From Acidobacteriota bacterium (GTDB taxonomy: Bacteria; Acidobacteriota; Terriglobia; Terriglobales; SCQP01), in assembly GCA_021826505.1 (NCBI GenBank), contig JAKAZV010000001.1, forward strand, positions 34,713 through 98,712: 64,000 nucleotides of DNA. Reading direction: 5' to 3'. A program made the translations under genes and the position numbers. The notes below the pieces were generated by a model. It did no database searches. It had not been told where the DNA came from and was given only the letters and a program-made list of their open reading frames with translations. Each line of letters begins with the position of its first letter. The first letter of the stretch is position 1. Of this stretch, positions 1 through 8,537 are shown in pieces.

Positions 1-1913
1 ACCACATCGGCAGTGCGGGCCGCTTCTTCAGCTTCCTTCAGCCAGGCTTCGATCGCCGGGCCTTTGACGGTGCAGCCGAGCAGGGTTTGAACCTGTGGCG
101 CGCCAGGTTTGCCGGTGAGCGAGGGGGTGGAAGGTTCGAGTTCGACCCAGGCCAGCTTCATTAAATGCACTCCCGGTTGGCCGCGGAATAGCAGAGTAAC
201 CGGAAAGCGGCCGGCAGTGGCCTTGACGGGCGCTGAAAACTCACGCCATTGATCCCAGCCGCCGGTGTTGGGTACCTTGATTTTGGCGACGACCGGGCCG
301 CGCGGTCCGAATAGCCGGACTTCCACCGTGCCACCCGGGCCGCCGCTCGCGGCCTGGATGCGAATGTGGGTTTTGCCGGCGAAGTTCATGGCCGGTAGCT
401 GGGCATTGTCGCCGGCCAGCATGTGGCCGAGAGAATCATCGGGACGGACAAATTTTCTGGCTTTGTAGTTCCAGCTTTCGCCGGTTAAATCGGTGGCCTG
501 CACGCGCCCGGGGTGGGGAAGTCCGGCGCCGAGCAGGGCTGCGATGCCTTCGGCCGGGGAAATATGCACCGCCGGGCTGCCGCTGTAGCCGCCCAGCGCG
601 CAGCGGTTGGCCAGGGGGCCGACGACCAGAACTTTTTTCAACCCTTTGGGGTTCAGCGGCAAAATCTGGTTTTCATTCTTCAGCAGCGTCAGGGTCTGGC
701 GCGCGGCGGTCAGGGCCAGTTTGCGGTGCTGCGGACTATCCACGGCCGAGAGCGGGATGTGGCTCCAGGGGTTGGTTTTACCGGGGTTAAAGTCGCCAAA
801 AAGCCAGCGCACCGATAAAATGCGGATCAGCGAGCGGTCAATATCGGCTTCGCTCACCAGTTCCTGGGCGATGGCGGCATCGAGAAATTTCTGATACGTG
901 CCCCAGGAGAAGCCGCAGTTCAAATCGCAGCCGGCCTGCATGGCCAGCGCGGCCGCCTGCGCGCCGGTGGGGACGTAGTGATGGGTCTGGTAAATATCGG
1001 CGACCGCATCGCAGTCACTGGTGACGTAACCGGCAAAGCCCCAATGCTCGCGCAGCAGCCGGTGCAGCAGAAAACGGTCGGCGCTGCAGGGAATGCCGTT
1101 GATCGAGTTATAGGCGCTCATCACGGTATAGACGCCGGCATTGACGGCGGCGCGGAATGGACGGGTATAGTACTCCCAGAAGCTGCGCGGATTGACTTTT
1201 TCGGAAACCACATGCCGGTCGTCGTCGGTTTCGTTGCAGATGAAATGCTTGGCGCAGCAGACGGTTTTAAAATAGTCCGGGTTGTCGCCCTGCATGCCCC
1301 GCACCACGGCCGCGCACATGCGCGAGATCAGGTAGGGGTCTTCACCGAGGGTTTCGTCAATGCGGCCCCAGCGGGGGTCTTTGGCGGTGTTGAGCGTCTG
1401 GGGCGAATAATAGGCCAGGGGAGTGCCTTTGGCATTGTGATAGGCGCGGGCTTCGTCGGAAACCGCGGTATAGACCTGCTGGGCCAGCACCGGATTCCAG
1501 CTATTGGCCATGGCCAGGGGAATCGGAAATGAGGTCGCCACGCTGGGGGCGCCGCGCGCCAGCCCATGCAGGGCCTCGCTCCAGTACTGATACGCCTTGA
1601 GCTTCAGCCGGGGAATCGCCGGCGCGGTATTGCCCAGTTGCCCCACTTTTTCCTTGAGCGTCATGCGCCCGACCAGCCGGGCGGCTTGCAGGCGGGCGTG
1701 GCGGATGGCGGCCAGGCGCACCGGGCCATGGCCTTTACCACCTAATTTTTCCGCGATTTCCAGCGGGTCGGGCCCGGGCGGCAGGGCCAGGCTCCAGGCG
1801 GGCTGGGTCAGGGTCAGCACGGGCGCGACGGCCAGCGCACCTGTGCCCTGGGCCAGGCGGGTGAAAAATTGCCGGCGGCTGGAAGGGTTGCGGGTTTTTG
1901 AGCCAGTTTTCAT
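1..1913 (-). CDS. GH3 beta-glucosidase/xylosidase with Tat signal and CBM6-like insert (3' end runs off the window)
   Basis: Manual minus-strand translation from ATG 1913: SRRQFF Tat motif; WSEALHG, DPRWGR..ETLGEDP, KHF, YVTSDCDAV (nucleophile Asp); VPNTGGWDQW CBM6-like motif. Absent from the ORF track because no stop lies in the window. Confidence 0.88.
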   Translation of the reverse strand, partial: MKTGSKTRNPSSRRQFFTRLAQGTGALAVAPVLTLTQPAWSLALPPGPDPLEIAEKLGGKGHGPVRLAAIRHARLQAARLVGRMTLKEKVGQLGNTAPAIPRLKLKAYQYWSEALHGLARGAPSVATSFPIPLAMANSWNPVLAQQVYTAVSDEARAYHNAKGTPLAYYSPQTLNTAKDPRWGRIDETLGEDPYLISRMCAAVVRGMQGDNPDYFKTVCCAKHFICNETDDDRHVVSEKVNPRSFWEYYTRPFRAAVNAGVYTVMSAYNSINGIPCSADRFLLHRLLREHWGFAGYVTSDCDAVADIYQTHHYVPTGAQAAALAMQAGCDLNCGFSWGTYQKFLDAAIAQELVSEADIDRSLIRILSVRWLFGDFNPGKTNPWSHIPLSAVDSPQHRKLALTAARQTLTLLKNENQILPLNPKGLKKVLVVGPLANRCALGGYSGSPAVHISPAEGIAALLGAGLPHPGRVQATDLTGESWNYKARKFVRPDDSLGHMLAGDNAQLPAMNFAGKTHIRIQAASGGPGGTVEVRLFGPRGPVVAKIKVPNTGGWDQWREFSAPVKATAGRFPVTLLFRGQPGVHLMKLAWVELEPSTPSLTGKPGAPQVQTLLGCTVKGPAIEAWLKEAEEAARTADV

Positions 1914-2072
1914 ATTGAGAATCCAAAGTGCAAACGGCGGTATTGTAGCATTGCAGCGATTTTGTTTTCCGGAACAATTAAGCAGTGCAACCCGCTTTTA
2001 TATTTAGGCGCATATAATTGTGCAAATTTCCGGGCGAACCCGGGGTCTTTGCGAATTCTGATCGGTGCCACG

Positions 2073-2705
2073 TTAACGTCCGAGCCGCACTGTAACCAAC
2101 CGCGCACGCACGATAAAGCGCAGCGGCGCGGGTCCTACATAATAAAACGGATAGCAGGTCACCAGCGTCAAGGTGCTTCCGCCGGAGGGCGCCAATACCG
2201 CCAGATCATGCGGGCTAACGATCGCCGTGCCCGTGACGCGATAGCGGAAAGCAGCCGGCACTGTTTGCAGCGTAATAGTCTCCCCCGCATGGATATGGCG
2301 CAAGGGGCGAAAGAAGGTGTCGCGGTGGCCGGCCAGCACGACATTGCCAGGCTCGCCGGGCCCCCCGCTGGCCGGATCATGCCCGATAGCATGCCGCAAC
2401 TCATCCGCCCCGTCGCCTTCGACGATCATGTCGGAAAGCCGCAGGGCTGGAATCTGAATGCGGCCCAGCAGCGTACCGTGTTTCGCAGTCCGCCAAGTTG
2501 TAAAGGGATCTGGGAGGGGTGACCCTGACCGAGGTTTTCCCGCAGGCGATCCCTGAACCGCGGCGCGCAGCCGATTGAATTTACGGTTGCCGGAACGCTG
2601 GAACCGCGCCGAAGCCCAATAGCTGAAGCCTGTCCCGAAAATGGCTAGCATGCCAGCCAACATGCAGATATAACCAAACCAACTGAGGAAAGTCTTGCGT
2701 GCCAT
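2073..2705 (-). CDS. class D-like sortase
   Basis: N-terminal TM; LAGHRDTFF (His), TLVTCYPF (Cys), downstream Arg in LRFIVRA. Confidence 0.92.
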   Translation of the reverse strand: MARKTFLSWFGYICMLAGMLAIFGTGFSYWASARFQRSGNRKFNRLRAAVQGSPAGKPRSGSPLPDPFTTWRTAKHGTLLGRIQIPALRLSDMIVEGDGADELRHAIGHDPASGGPGEPGNVVLAGHRDTFFRPLRHIHAGETITLQTVPAAFRYRVTGTAIVSPHDLAVLAPSGGSTLTLVTCYPFYYVGPAPLRFIVRARLVTVRLGR

Positions 2706-2844
2706 AAACGAAGGGGATCATCGCGGCGGACCCCGCGCCCGTCGCGATGAAAAAGGAAGCCACAATCAAGTGGGAAAGCCTGGATTTCTTGTCCGGCCGC
2801 GACGCTCTGGCATATGCCAGTTCGGTGCGGCGCCGGGGCGGCGC

Positions 2845-3570
2845 TTATATCGCCCGCGCGCGTTGGCGGGCCAGCCGCAGCGAACCCAATCCCAAACCCA
2901 ACAGAAGCGCACCCAGCAACCCAAGCAGGGGTAATTCACCGGCGGTCTTCGGCAGGCTGGCAGGCCGTTCCGGCGCCGGGGCCGTACTGGCGATTTCGAC
3001 CGCGGGCGAGGCCGCCACGACGGTGGAAGCTGGAACTTCTTTGCCGGTGGGTTCGACCGCGACAATCGGCGCCTGTATCAGGACGGGGATGGCTTTAGCG
3101 GGCGGCAGATTCAATTCGGTTGTCAATTGCGATGGCATCGCCAACACCGGCCGGTGATTGGACCGCGCCAGGGCCAGCGCTTCAGAGCGCGGATATACGA
3201 ATTCCTGCCCATAGTTGTCACCGGGGTAAAACCAGGCGTGCAGCGCCATGGGAGTGTTCGCCGGCCGTTCCGAGAAAGTAATCACGGTATGGTTGGTCGG
3301 GGTGAGGCGATAATTGTTGACCGCCAGTATGGTGGCAAAAATATGGGTTCGGGCCACATTAAAGATCTGAACTATATTGCGGTCCGAGGAGGATTCCGCC
3401 AGCTTGAATACGTAGGTGCCCGCCGGCAAAACCATGCCGGGAATCTCCACCGGCTGGCTGAAGGTCAGCGTGGTGCTCTTGTTCCAATCGTCTGCCCAGG
3501 CCTTCGGCAGGCACAGGGCGCCAAATATTGTCAGACAAAACGCGCTTAGCAGCAAATTACGCATGGACAT
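2845..3570 (-). CDS. secreted protein with C-terminal LPXTG-type sorting signal
   Basis: Signal peptide ending AWA-DD; C-terminal LPKTAG, hydrophobic helix and basic tail (RLARQRAR); immediately upstream of the sortase; start chosen after a GAGGG SD. Confidence 0.85.
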   Translation of the reverse strand: MSMRNLLLSAFCLTIFGALCLPKAWADDWNKSTTLTFSQPVEIPGMVLPAGTYVFKLAESSSDRNIVQIFNVARTHIFATILAVNNYRLTPTNHTVITFSERPANTPMALHAWFYPGDNYGQEFVYPRSEALALARSNHRPVLAMPSQLTTELNLPPAKAIPVLIQAPIVAVEPTGKEVPASTVVAASPAVEIASTAPAPERPASLPKTAGELPLLGLLGALLLGLGLGSLRLARQRARAI

Positions 3571-3667
3571 GTTCGTACCCTCGATTTCCTCACGTGCCAT
3601 GTGTCTCGCGCCGGCAGCGCCCGCGTGGATCTTTCGGTATCAGTTTAGGTGAGTCTGCGGAAAACCA

Positions 3668-3686
3668 TTGGCATGTACCTTGCCAA
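3668..3686. promoter_or_regulatory. palindromic sigma54-like -24/-12 element (TTGGCA-N7-TGCCAA)
   Basis: GG-N10-GC spacing is satisfied on both strands; lies between the divergent LPXTG gene and crp. Confidence 0.5.
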
Positions 3687-3711
3687 AGTAACGCAGCCGG
3701 ACATATAATAC

Positions 3712-3730
3712 TGCTCAAAATTGAACAGCC
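3712..3730 (+). promoter_or_regulatory. putative Crp-family operator, copy 1 (tgctcaaaattgaacagcc)
   Basis: 15/19 identical to the copy at 5565-5583; TATATT at 3749-3754 begins 29.5 bp from the site centre. Confidence 0.55.
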
Positions 3731-3830
3731 AGTTTTTTTCCATGGGGCTATATTTATATGTGCCATAAGGCGCAACTATCGCGAACCAGGAACCGGCCAG
3801 CCGCCGGCGCAGGATTCAGAGGAGGGCGTA

Positions 3831-4562
3831 ATGAGCAGTGCGAGACCCGCGCCGAAATCTCGCGGCATCCCGAAATCCCGCGGCGCCGCAGTTGTCCAGG
3901 CGGCGACGGTGAAGTCAGACCTTTGGTTCCATGTGTTTCTGGCGAAAATATCGCATGGCAAGCGCCAGGTTGCCCTGCCCAAAGGCGGCACGATCTACGC
4001 GCAAGGGGAGCCAGGCGATAGCGTGTACTTCATCGAACAAGGTAAAGTGCGGTTATCGGTCCTGTCGAAAGGGGGCCGGGAAGCGATTCTGGGGATTCTG
4101 ACGGCGGGAGATTTTTGCGGCGAGGGCTGCCTGACGGGACAGCCGCTGCGCGTCGGTTCGGCAACGGCGATCAGTGCGGCGGTCGTCTGCAAAATTTTGA
4201 AGAGTAACCTGGTGCAGGCCTTTCACGACCAGCATCCGCTGTCGGAAGCTTTTCTGGCGCAACTGCTGGCCCGCAACATCGCCTTCGAGGAAGATATTTG
4301 CGATCAGCTTTTCAACCACAGCGAGAAGCGGCTGGCGCGGGCCCTGCTTAAACTGGCCCGCTTCGGGCTAGAGACTTCGCACGCCCAGGGGCATCTCATC
4401 ACGCCCAGAATCAGCCAGGAGGCGCTGGCCGAGATGATCGGCACAACGCGCTCGCGCGTGAATTTTTTCATGAATAAATTCAGGCGTCTGGGGCTGATTG
4501 AATACAACGGCGAAGTGCGTGTCCGTCCGGAACTGCTCACCGATGTGGTGCTGAGCGACTAG
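3831..4562 (+). CDS. Crp/Fnr family transcriptional regulator
   Basis: cNMP-binding fold (IYAQGEPGDSVYFIEQG, GDFCGE); HTH SQEALAEMIGTTRSRVNFF; GGAGG SD before ATG 3831. Confidence 0.93.
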   Translation: MSSARPAPKSRGIPKSRGAAVVQAATVKSDLWFHVFLAKISHGKRQVALPKGGTIYAQGEPGDSVYFIEQGKVRLSVLSKGGREAILGILTAGDFCGEGCLTGQPLRVGSATAISAAVVCKILKSNLVQAFHDQHPLSEAFLAQLLARNIAFEEDICDQLFNHSEKRLARALLKLARFGLETSHAQGHLITPRISQEALAEMIGTTRSRVNFFMNKFRRLGLIEYNGEVRVRPELLTDVVLSD

Positions 4563-4674
4563 CCGGAGCCGCGCCGCGGCTGCCGCCATCTCCGGCGGCG
4601 CTGATAAAATGCGCCCGGTGGCGCCAGCGGCGCGGGCGCGGATTGCCCCTGCAAATCAAATTTTCCTGGTTATG

Positions 4675-4930
4675 TTACTTGCCGGCCATGGCGGAATAGC
4701 GATTCATGGTGGCCAGGAAGGGATGGGTGGAAGCGGGCGCCGATACTTGGCCGGCTAAAATGTTCTGCCAGGCACGGCGGCCGTACATGGCGCGGTCGCC
4801 CGATTTATCGGGCTGCACGACTTCGCCGCTCAGGCTGATGCCCGCAAAGGCGCCGCGGCTGCGGGAATACGTCAGGATCTCGGCGTGCATTGTGGCGTCG
4901 GTGGAAGCGGTGGATTCCCGGCCGATGCCG
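4675..4930 (-). pseudogene. C-terminal fragment of a SYLF/YSC84 lipid-binding protein
   Basis: AEILTYSRSRGAFAGISLSG..VQPD matches the C-terminal half of the intact paralog at 27905-28654; N-terminal half and signal peptide are missing. Confidence 0.75.
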
Positions 4931-5062
4931 CAATCCCGAGGGCATTGCGGCCTGAAGGCATGCGCGGATAGAGCCATCGTTTCGCGGAAATAGCGGCCTG
5001 GAAAGCAAGCCCGGCGGGGATGGCGGACTTTTGTCCATGAGTTTACTGAAACGCAACCGCGT

Positions 5063-5335
5063 TCAGGCAATCTTCCGAATGAGCTCACGTTTGAGGCTGA
5101 GGGCCATCACCGTGGTGGGCAAACGCCGGATGGCCGGCGAAATCCCCGCCAATGGCAGGGTCTCCAGCACCCGGCTGGCATCGAGTCCCGCGCCGCACTG
5201 GCGGCATTTCTGGCCCGGCATGGTTTTACAAAGTATGCGGGCTGAAACGCAGGTGCAGCGTGCTAATCCAATCAGCGTACGCGAACACAGTGGACATTGA
5301 ATCAAGGCTTTGGGAGATTTGATTGCATGCGTCAT
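5063..5335 (-). CDS. small Cys-rich hypothetical protein (possible zinc ribbon)
   Basis: CPLC and CRQC motifs; downstream of a correctly oriented operator copy and -10-like hexamer. Confidence 0.35.
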   Translation of the reverse strand: MTHAIKSPKALIQCPLCSRTLIGLARCTCVSARILCKTMPGQKCRQCGAGLDASRVLETLPLAGISPAIRRLPTTVMALSLKRELIRKIA

Positions 5336-5415
5336 GGTGCGATGCCTGCTTGCCGGCCGGCGCGCCGGATAAAACACGCGCGCCGCAGTTCAGTCTGCTG
5401 GCCTCACGCGGCGAT

Positions 5416-5434
5416 GTCTGTTCAATAAAGCACA
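5416..5434 (-). promoter_or_regulatory. putative Crp-family operator, copy 2 (tgtgctttattgaacagac on minus strand)
   Basis: TGT-N10-ACA; shares a perfect 14-mer with copy 3 in inverted orientation. Confidence 0.55.
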
Positions 5435-5564
5435 GCCATGCGATAGTGATTGTCGCATTTTCACGTCCTACCCCAGCGGCATAAAGATATTCGACTCACT
5501 ACGAATCAGCAACGATGATCGCCTATCTTGATATGAACTCAAGCCTGTGTTGATCCATCTAAAG

Positions 5565-5583
5565 TGTCCAATATTGAACAGAC
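5565..5583 (+). promoter_or_regulatory. putative Crp-family operator, copy 3 (tgtccaatattgaacagac)
   Basis: Near-perfect 16-bp palindrome; TAAATT at 5603-5608 begins 30.5 bp from the centre; upstream of the Ig/DUF3494 gene. Confidence 0.6.
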
Positions 5584-5652
5584 ATAGTGTGACTAATCCG
5601 GATAAATTACTGATGCGAGCATTAGCTTTTATTCAGGATTGAGGTAATGGGT

Positions 5653-8484
5653 ATGTCACAAGACCATCCGCAGCAAAATAGTGAAAAGAAAATCGCCATG
5701 TCATTGCCGGCTTTGAGCGAACACCGGCCAAGATGGTCTCGCGCCTGGAAGGGCTGGGCGCTGCTGGGCATAACATCCCTGCTCATCGCGGGGTCGGTGG
5801 CCTGCGGCCGCGAGCAAGGCATGGTGGCGCCCACGCTGAGCGCCATCACTCCCAATCGCGGCGTCCAAGGCCATTCCGTGCCCGTCATACTGACCGGCGC
5901 CCATTTCGCCGAAGGTGCCGGCGTCAATGTCACCGGCGCCCAGATTACCGTCAGCCAGGTGATGGTTGAAAGCAGCACTCAGATTGCCGCCAACTTTGCC
6001 ATCCCCGCCAACGCGACTTTGGGAGGGGCATTTATCAGCGTTACCAGCGCTGGTATTACCACTAATCAGGTGATCTTCACAATCGCGGCGCCATTAGCCG
6101 TAACTTCCACCACCCCCGGCGACGGCGCAGTGGCAGTTCCGGTCAATTCGGCCTTCAGCGCCAATTTCAGCGAAGCGCTGAACTGCGCCACGATCACGGC
6201 CTCGAACTTTATGCTGGTGGCGCCCAATGGCGCCGCTCTGCCAGGCGTCCTGTCTTGTTCGGGCTCCATGGCTATTTTCACACCCAGCCAGCTGTTGGCT
6301 TCCAGCGCCACCTATACGGCAAAGTTGAGCACCTCGATCACGGACGCCGAGGGTGATCCCTTGGCCAATCCTTTCATCTCAAGCTTTACCACCGCGCTGG
6401 CGCCGGCGGTGACTTTCACCACACCCGTAAATAACGCAACTGGCGTTCCCACCAAACAAATTATTGCGGCCAGCTTCAATCAGCCCATCAACTGCGCCAC
6501 CGTGAGCAACGCCTCGTTTGTGGTTTCCTCCGCCAACGGCACCACTACGGGCACGGTCGCCTGCTCCGGCAGCCAAGCCACCTTCACTCCCGCCGCCAGT
6601 CTGACGGTGAACCTGCTCTATAGCGCGGTCATCGGCAGCCCGGTGGCCAATCTGGCCGGCGCAACCTTGGCCAATCCATACGCCTGGGTTTTCAAAACCG
6701 CCCCTGCGCCGCCAGTGGCACCGACCGTGATTTCCACCAACCCGGCCAAACAGGCGGCGGGAGTTCCGATCAATCAAAAAGTGGCCGCAACCTTTAATGA
6801 AGCCATGGATCCGGCGACCATCAATGCCGCCAGTTTTTCCCTTGCCGGTCCAGGTGGCGCCGCCGTCACGGGCGCCGTGACTTATGTGGCGACGGGTTCG
6901 ATTGCTACTTTCACGCCCGCCGCGCCGCTGGCCGGACTCACTCAGTACACCGCCACCATCAGCAATGCCGCCAACAGTCTTGCCGATACTCCCATGGCGA
7001 GCAGCTACGTCTGGGCTTTCACCACCGGTGCCGCGCCGAACACTACCCAGCCCATTCTGGTTTCGACTTTGCCGAACAACGCCGCCACCAGTGTGCCCAT
7101 CAATCAGGCGGTGAGCGCGGTATTCAGTCAGTCTATGGATCCCGCCACCATCAATGGAACCACTTTCACGCTTACGGCTCCGGGAGGAGCAGCAGTGGCC
7201 GGGTTGGTCAGTTACGCCGCCATCGCCAAAACCGCGACTATCACACCCACCGCGAATCTGCTGCCCAGTACGGTGTATACCGCGACGATCAGCAACGGCG
7301 CCCAGAACTTGGCGGGCTATGCGCTCGGCGCCGGTCCGATCGCCAACCCCTGGACCTTTACCACCGCAGCCGCGCCCGACACCACCAAGCCGACCATTCT
7401 ATTGACCAACCCGGCGGCGGCGAGCGCCAACACGCCCTTGAACGCCACCGTCAATGCGACCTTCAGTGAAGCCATGGACCCGCTTACCATTACCACCAAT
7501 ACTTTCCAATTGATTGACGCCAGCGGCAATGCTGTTCCGGCCACCGTCGCTTACGATTCCACCAGCGACATTGCCACCCTCACTCCGCTGGCTAATCTCA
7601 CCGCCAACACTACCTATACCGCGACCGTGACCACCGGCGCCGCGGATCTGGCCGGTAACCCGCTGGGCGCGGGCGCAGTGCCCAATCCCTGGCTATTTAC
7701 CACGGTGGCTGCTATCGTACCGCCCGCGGTCAATCTGGGCACGGCGTCTCTATTTGGAGGATTTGGCGGCGGCGCCGGGATGACCAATCAGGGCATCGAA
7801 ACCGTGATCAACGGCGATATCGGCACCACCGGAGCCTCAACCCTGATTACCGGGTTCCATGATGCCGGACCGGGTTGCACCTACACCGAGACCCCCCTCA
7901 ATATCGGCTTCGTCAACGGCAGTATTGATACCGCGCCCCCTCCGCCGACCGTCGCCTGCCCCACCGAAGGGACCGCTGTCACCATGGCGATTGCCACCCA
8001 GGCCGCCACGGATGTGCTCACGGCGTTCAATGCCACTTCGCCAGCGCTGATGCCGCCCACCGTGGCCGCGCAAGCCAGCGAACTGGGCGGGCTCACGCTG
8101 CCGCCCGGCATTTATCAATCGGCCTCCGGCACCTTTGCCATCACCAATGGCGACCTGACGCTCGATGCCCAAGGCAACCCCAACGCAGTATGGGTTTTTC
8201 AGGCCGCCTCCTCGCTGACCGTGGGCATTGCCGGCCCTGCGGGCGCGCGCAACGTGATCCTGATCAATGGCGCCCAAGCCAAAAATGTGTACTGGCACGT
8301 GGGCAGCGCGGCCACCATCAATGCCGCCGGAGGCGGCACCATGGCCGGGACGATTCTGGCCCAAGCCGGCGTCAGTTTTTCCACGGCCGGCAATGTGGCG
8401 CTGACCACGCTCGATGGACGCGCCCTGGTCATCACCGGGCCGGTCACCATGGTGAACACCATCATCAACGTGCCGCTGCCGTAG
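5653..8484 (+). CDS. lipoprotein with IPT/TIG domain, five Big_5-like Ig repeats and C-terminal DUF3494 (ice-binding-like) domain
   Basis: Lipobox GSVAC; five repeats opening with ..ST.P..GA..VP.N..(V)...FSE.MD; DUF3494 motifs VNLGTA, ELGGLTLPPGIY, LTLDAQGNPNAVWVFQ, NVYWHVGSAATI, GTILA, LDGRAL. Confidence 0.9.
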   Translation: MSQDHPQQNSEKKIAMSLPALSEHRPRWSRAWKGWALLGITSLLIAGSVACGREQGMVAPTLSAITPNRGVQGHSVPVILTGAHFAEGAGVNVTGAQITVSQVMVESSTQIAANFAIPANATLGGAFISVTSAGITTNQVIFTIAAPLAVTSTTPGDGAVAVPVNSAFSANFSEALNCATITASNFMLVAPNGAALPGVLSCSGSMAIFTPSQLLASSATYTAKLSTSITDAEGDPLANPFISSFTTALAPAVTFTTPVNNATGVPTKQIIAASFNQPINCATVSNASFVVSSANGTTTGTVACSGSQATFTPAASLTVNLLYSAVIGSPVANLAGATLANPYAWVFKTAPAPPVAPTVISTNPAKQAAGVPINQKVAATFNEAMDPATINAASFSLAGPGGAAVTGAVTYVATGSIATFTPAAPLAGLTQYTATISNAANSLADTPMASSYVWAFTTGAAPNTTQPILVSTLPNNAATSVPINQAVSAVFSQSMDPATINGTTFTLTAPGGAAVAGLVSYAAIAKTATITPTANLLPSTVYTATISNGAQNLAGYALGAGPIANPWTFTTAAAPDTTKPTILLTNPAAASANTPLNATVNATFSEAMDPLTITTNTFQLIDASGNAVPATVAYDSTSDIATLTPLANLTANTTYTATVTTGAADLAGNPLGAGAVPNPWLFTTVAAIVPPAVNLGTASLFGGFGGGAGMTNQGIETVINGDIGTTGASTLITGFHDAGPGCTYTETPLNIGFVNGSIDTAPPPPTVACPTEGTAVTMAIATQAATDVLTAFNATSPALMPPTVAAQASELGGLTLPPGIYQSASGTFAITNGDLTLDAQGNPNAVWVFQAASSLTVGIAGPAGARNVILINGAQAKNVYWHVGSAATINAAGGGTMAGTILAQAGVSFSTAGNVALTTLDGRALVITGPVTMVNTIINVPLP

Positions 8485-8537
8485 GCAATAGAGCGCGCCG
8501 CAATCGAAACATCAGGAACCAGCTCAGGAGACTTTTT

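Noticed and set aside
1920..2000. LacI-type operator candidates upstream of the GH3 gene
   Set aside because: Weak, imperfect palindromes and no LacI gene in the window.
5414..5585. Perfect 14-bp inverted repeat (atgtctgttcaata / tattgaacagacat) flanking 144 bp, as an invertible phase-variation switch
   Set aside because: No recombinase in the window, and a third related copy at 3712 with the same -10 spacing fits regulator sites better. Mixed-orientation reads would revive the idea.
6090..7710. Repeated DNA segments as a possible CRISPR or tandem array
   Set aside because: They are degenerate in-frame Ig-domain repeats within a CDS, with no identical repeat-spacer structure and no cas genes.
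8190..8537. N-terminal extension of the OmpA ORF in the ORF track
   Set aside because: Overlaps the DUF3494 gene out of frame; SD and signal-like sequence support ATG 8538.
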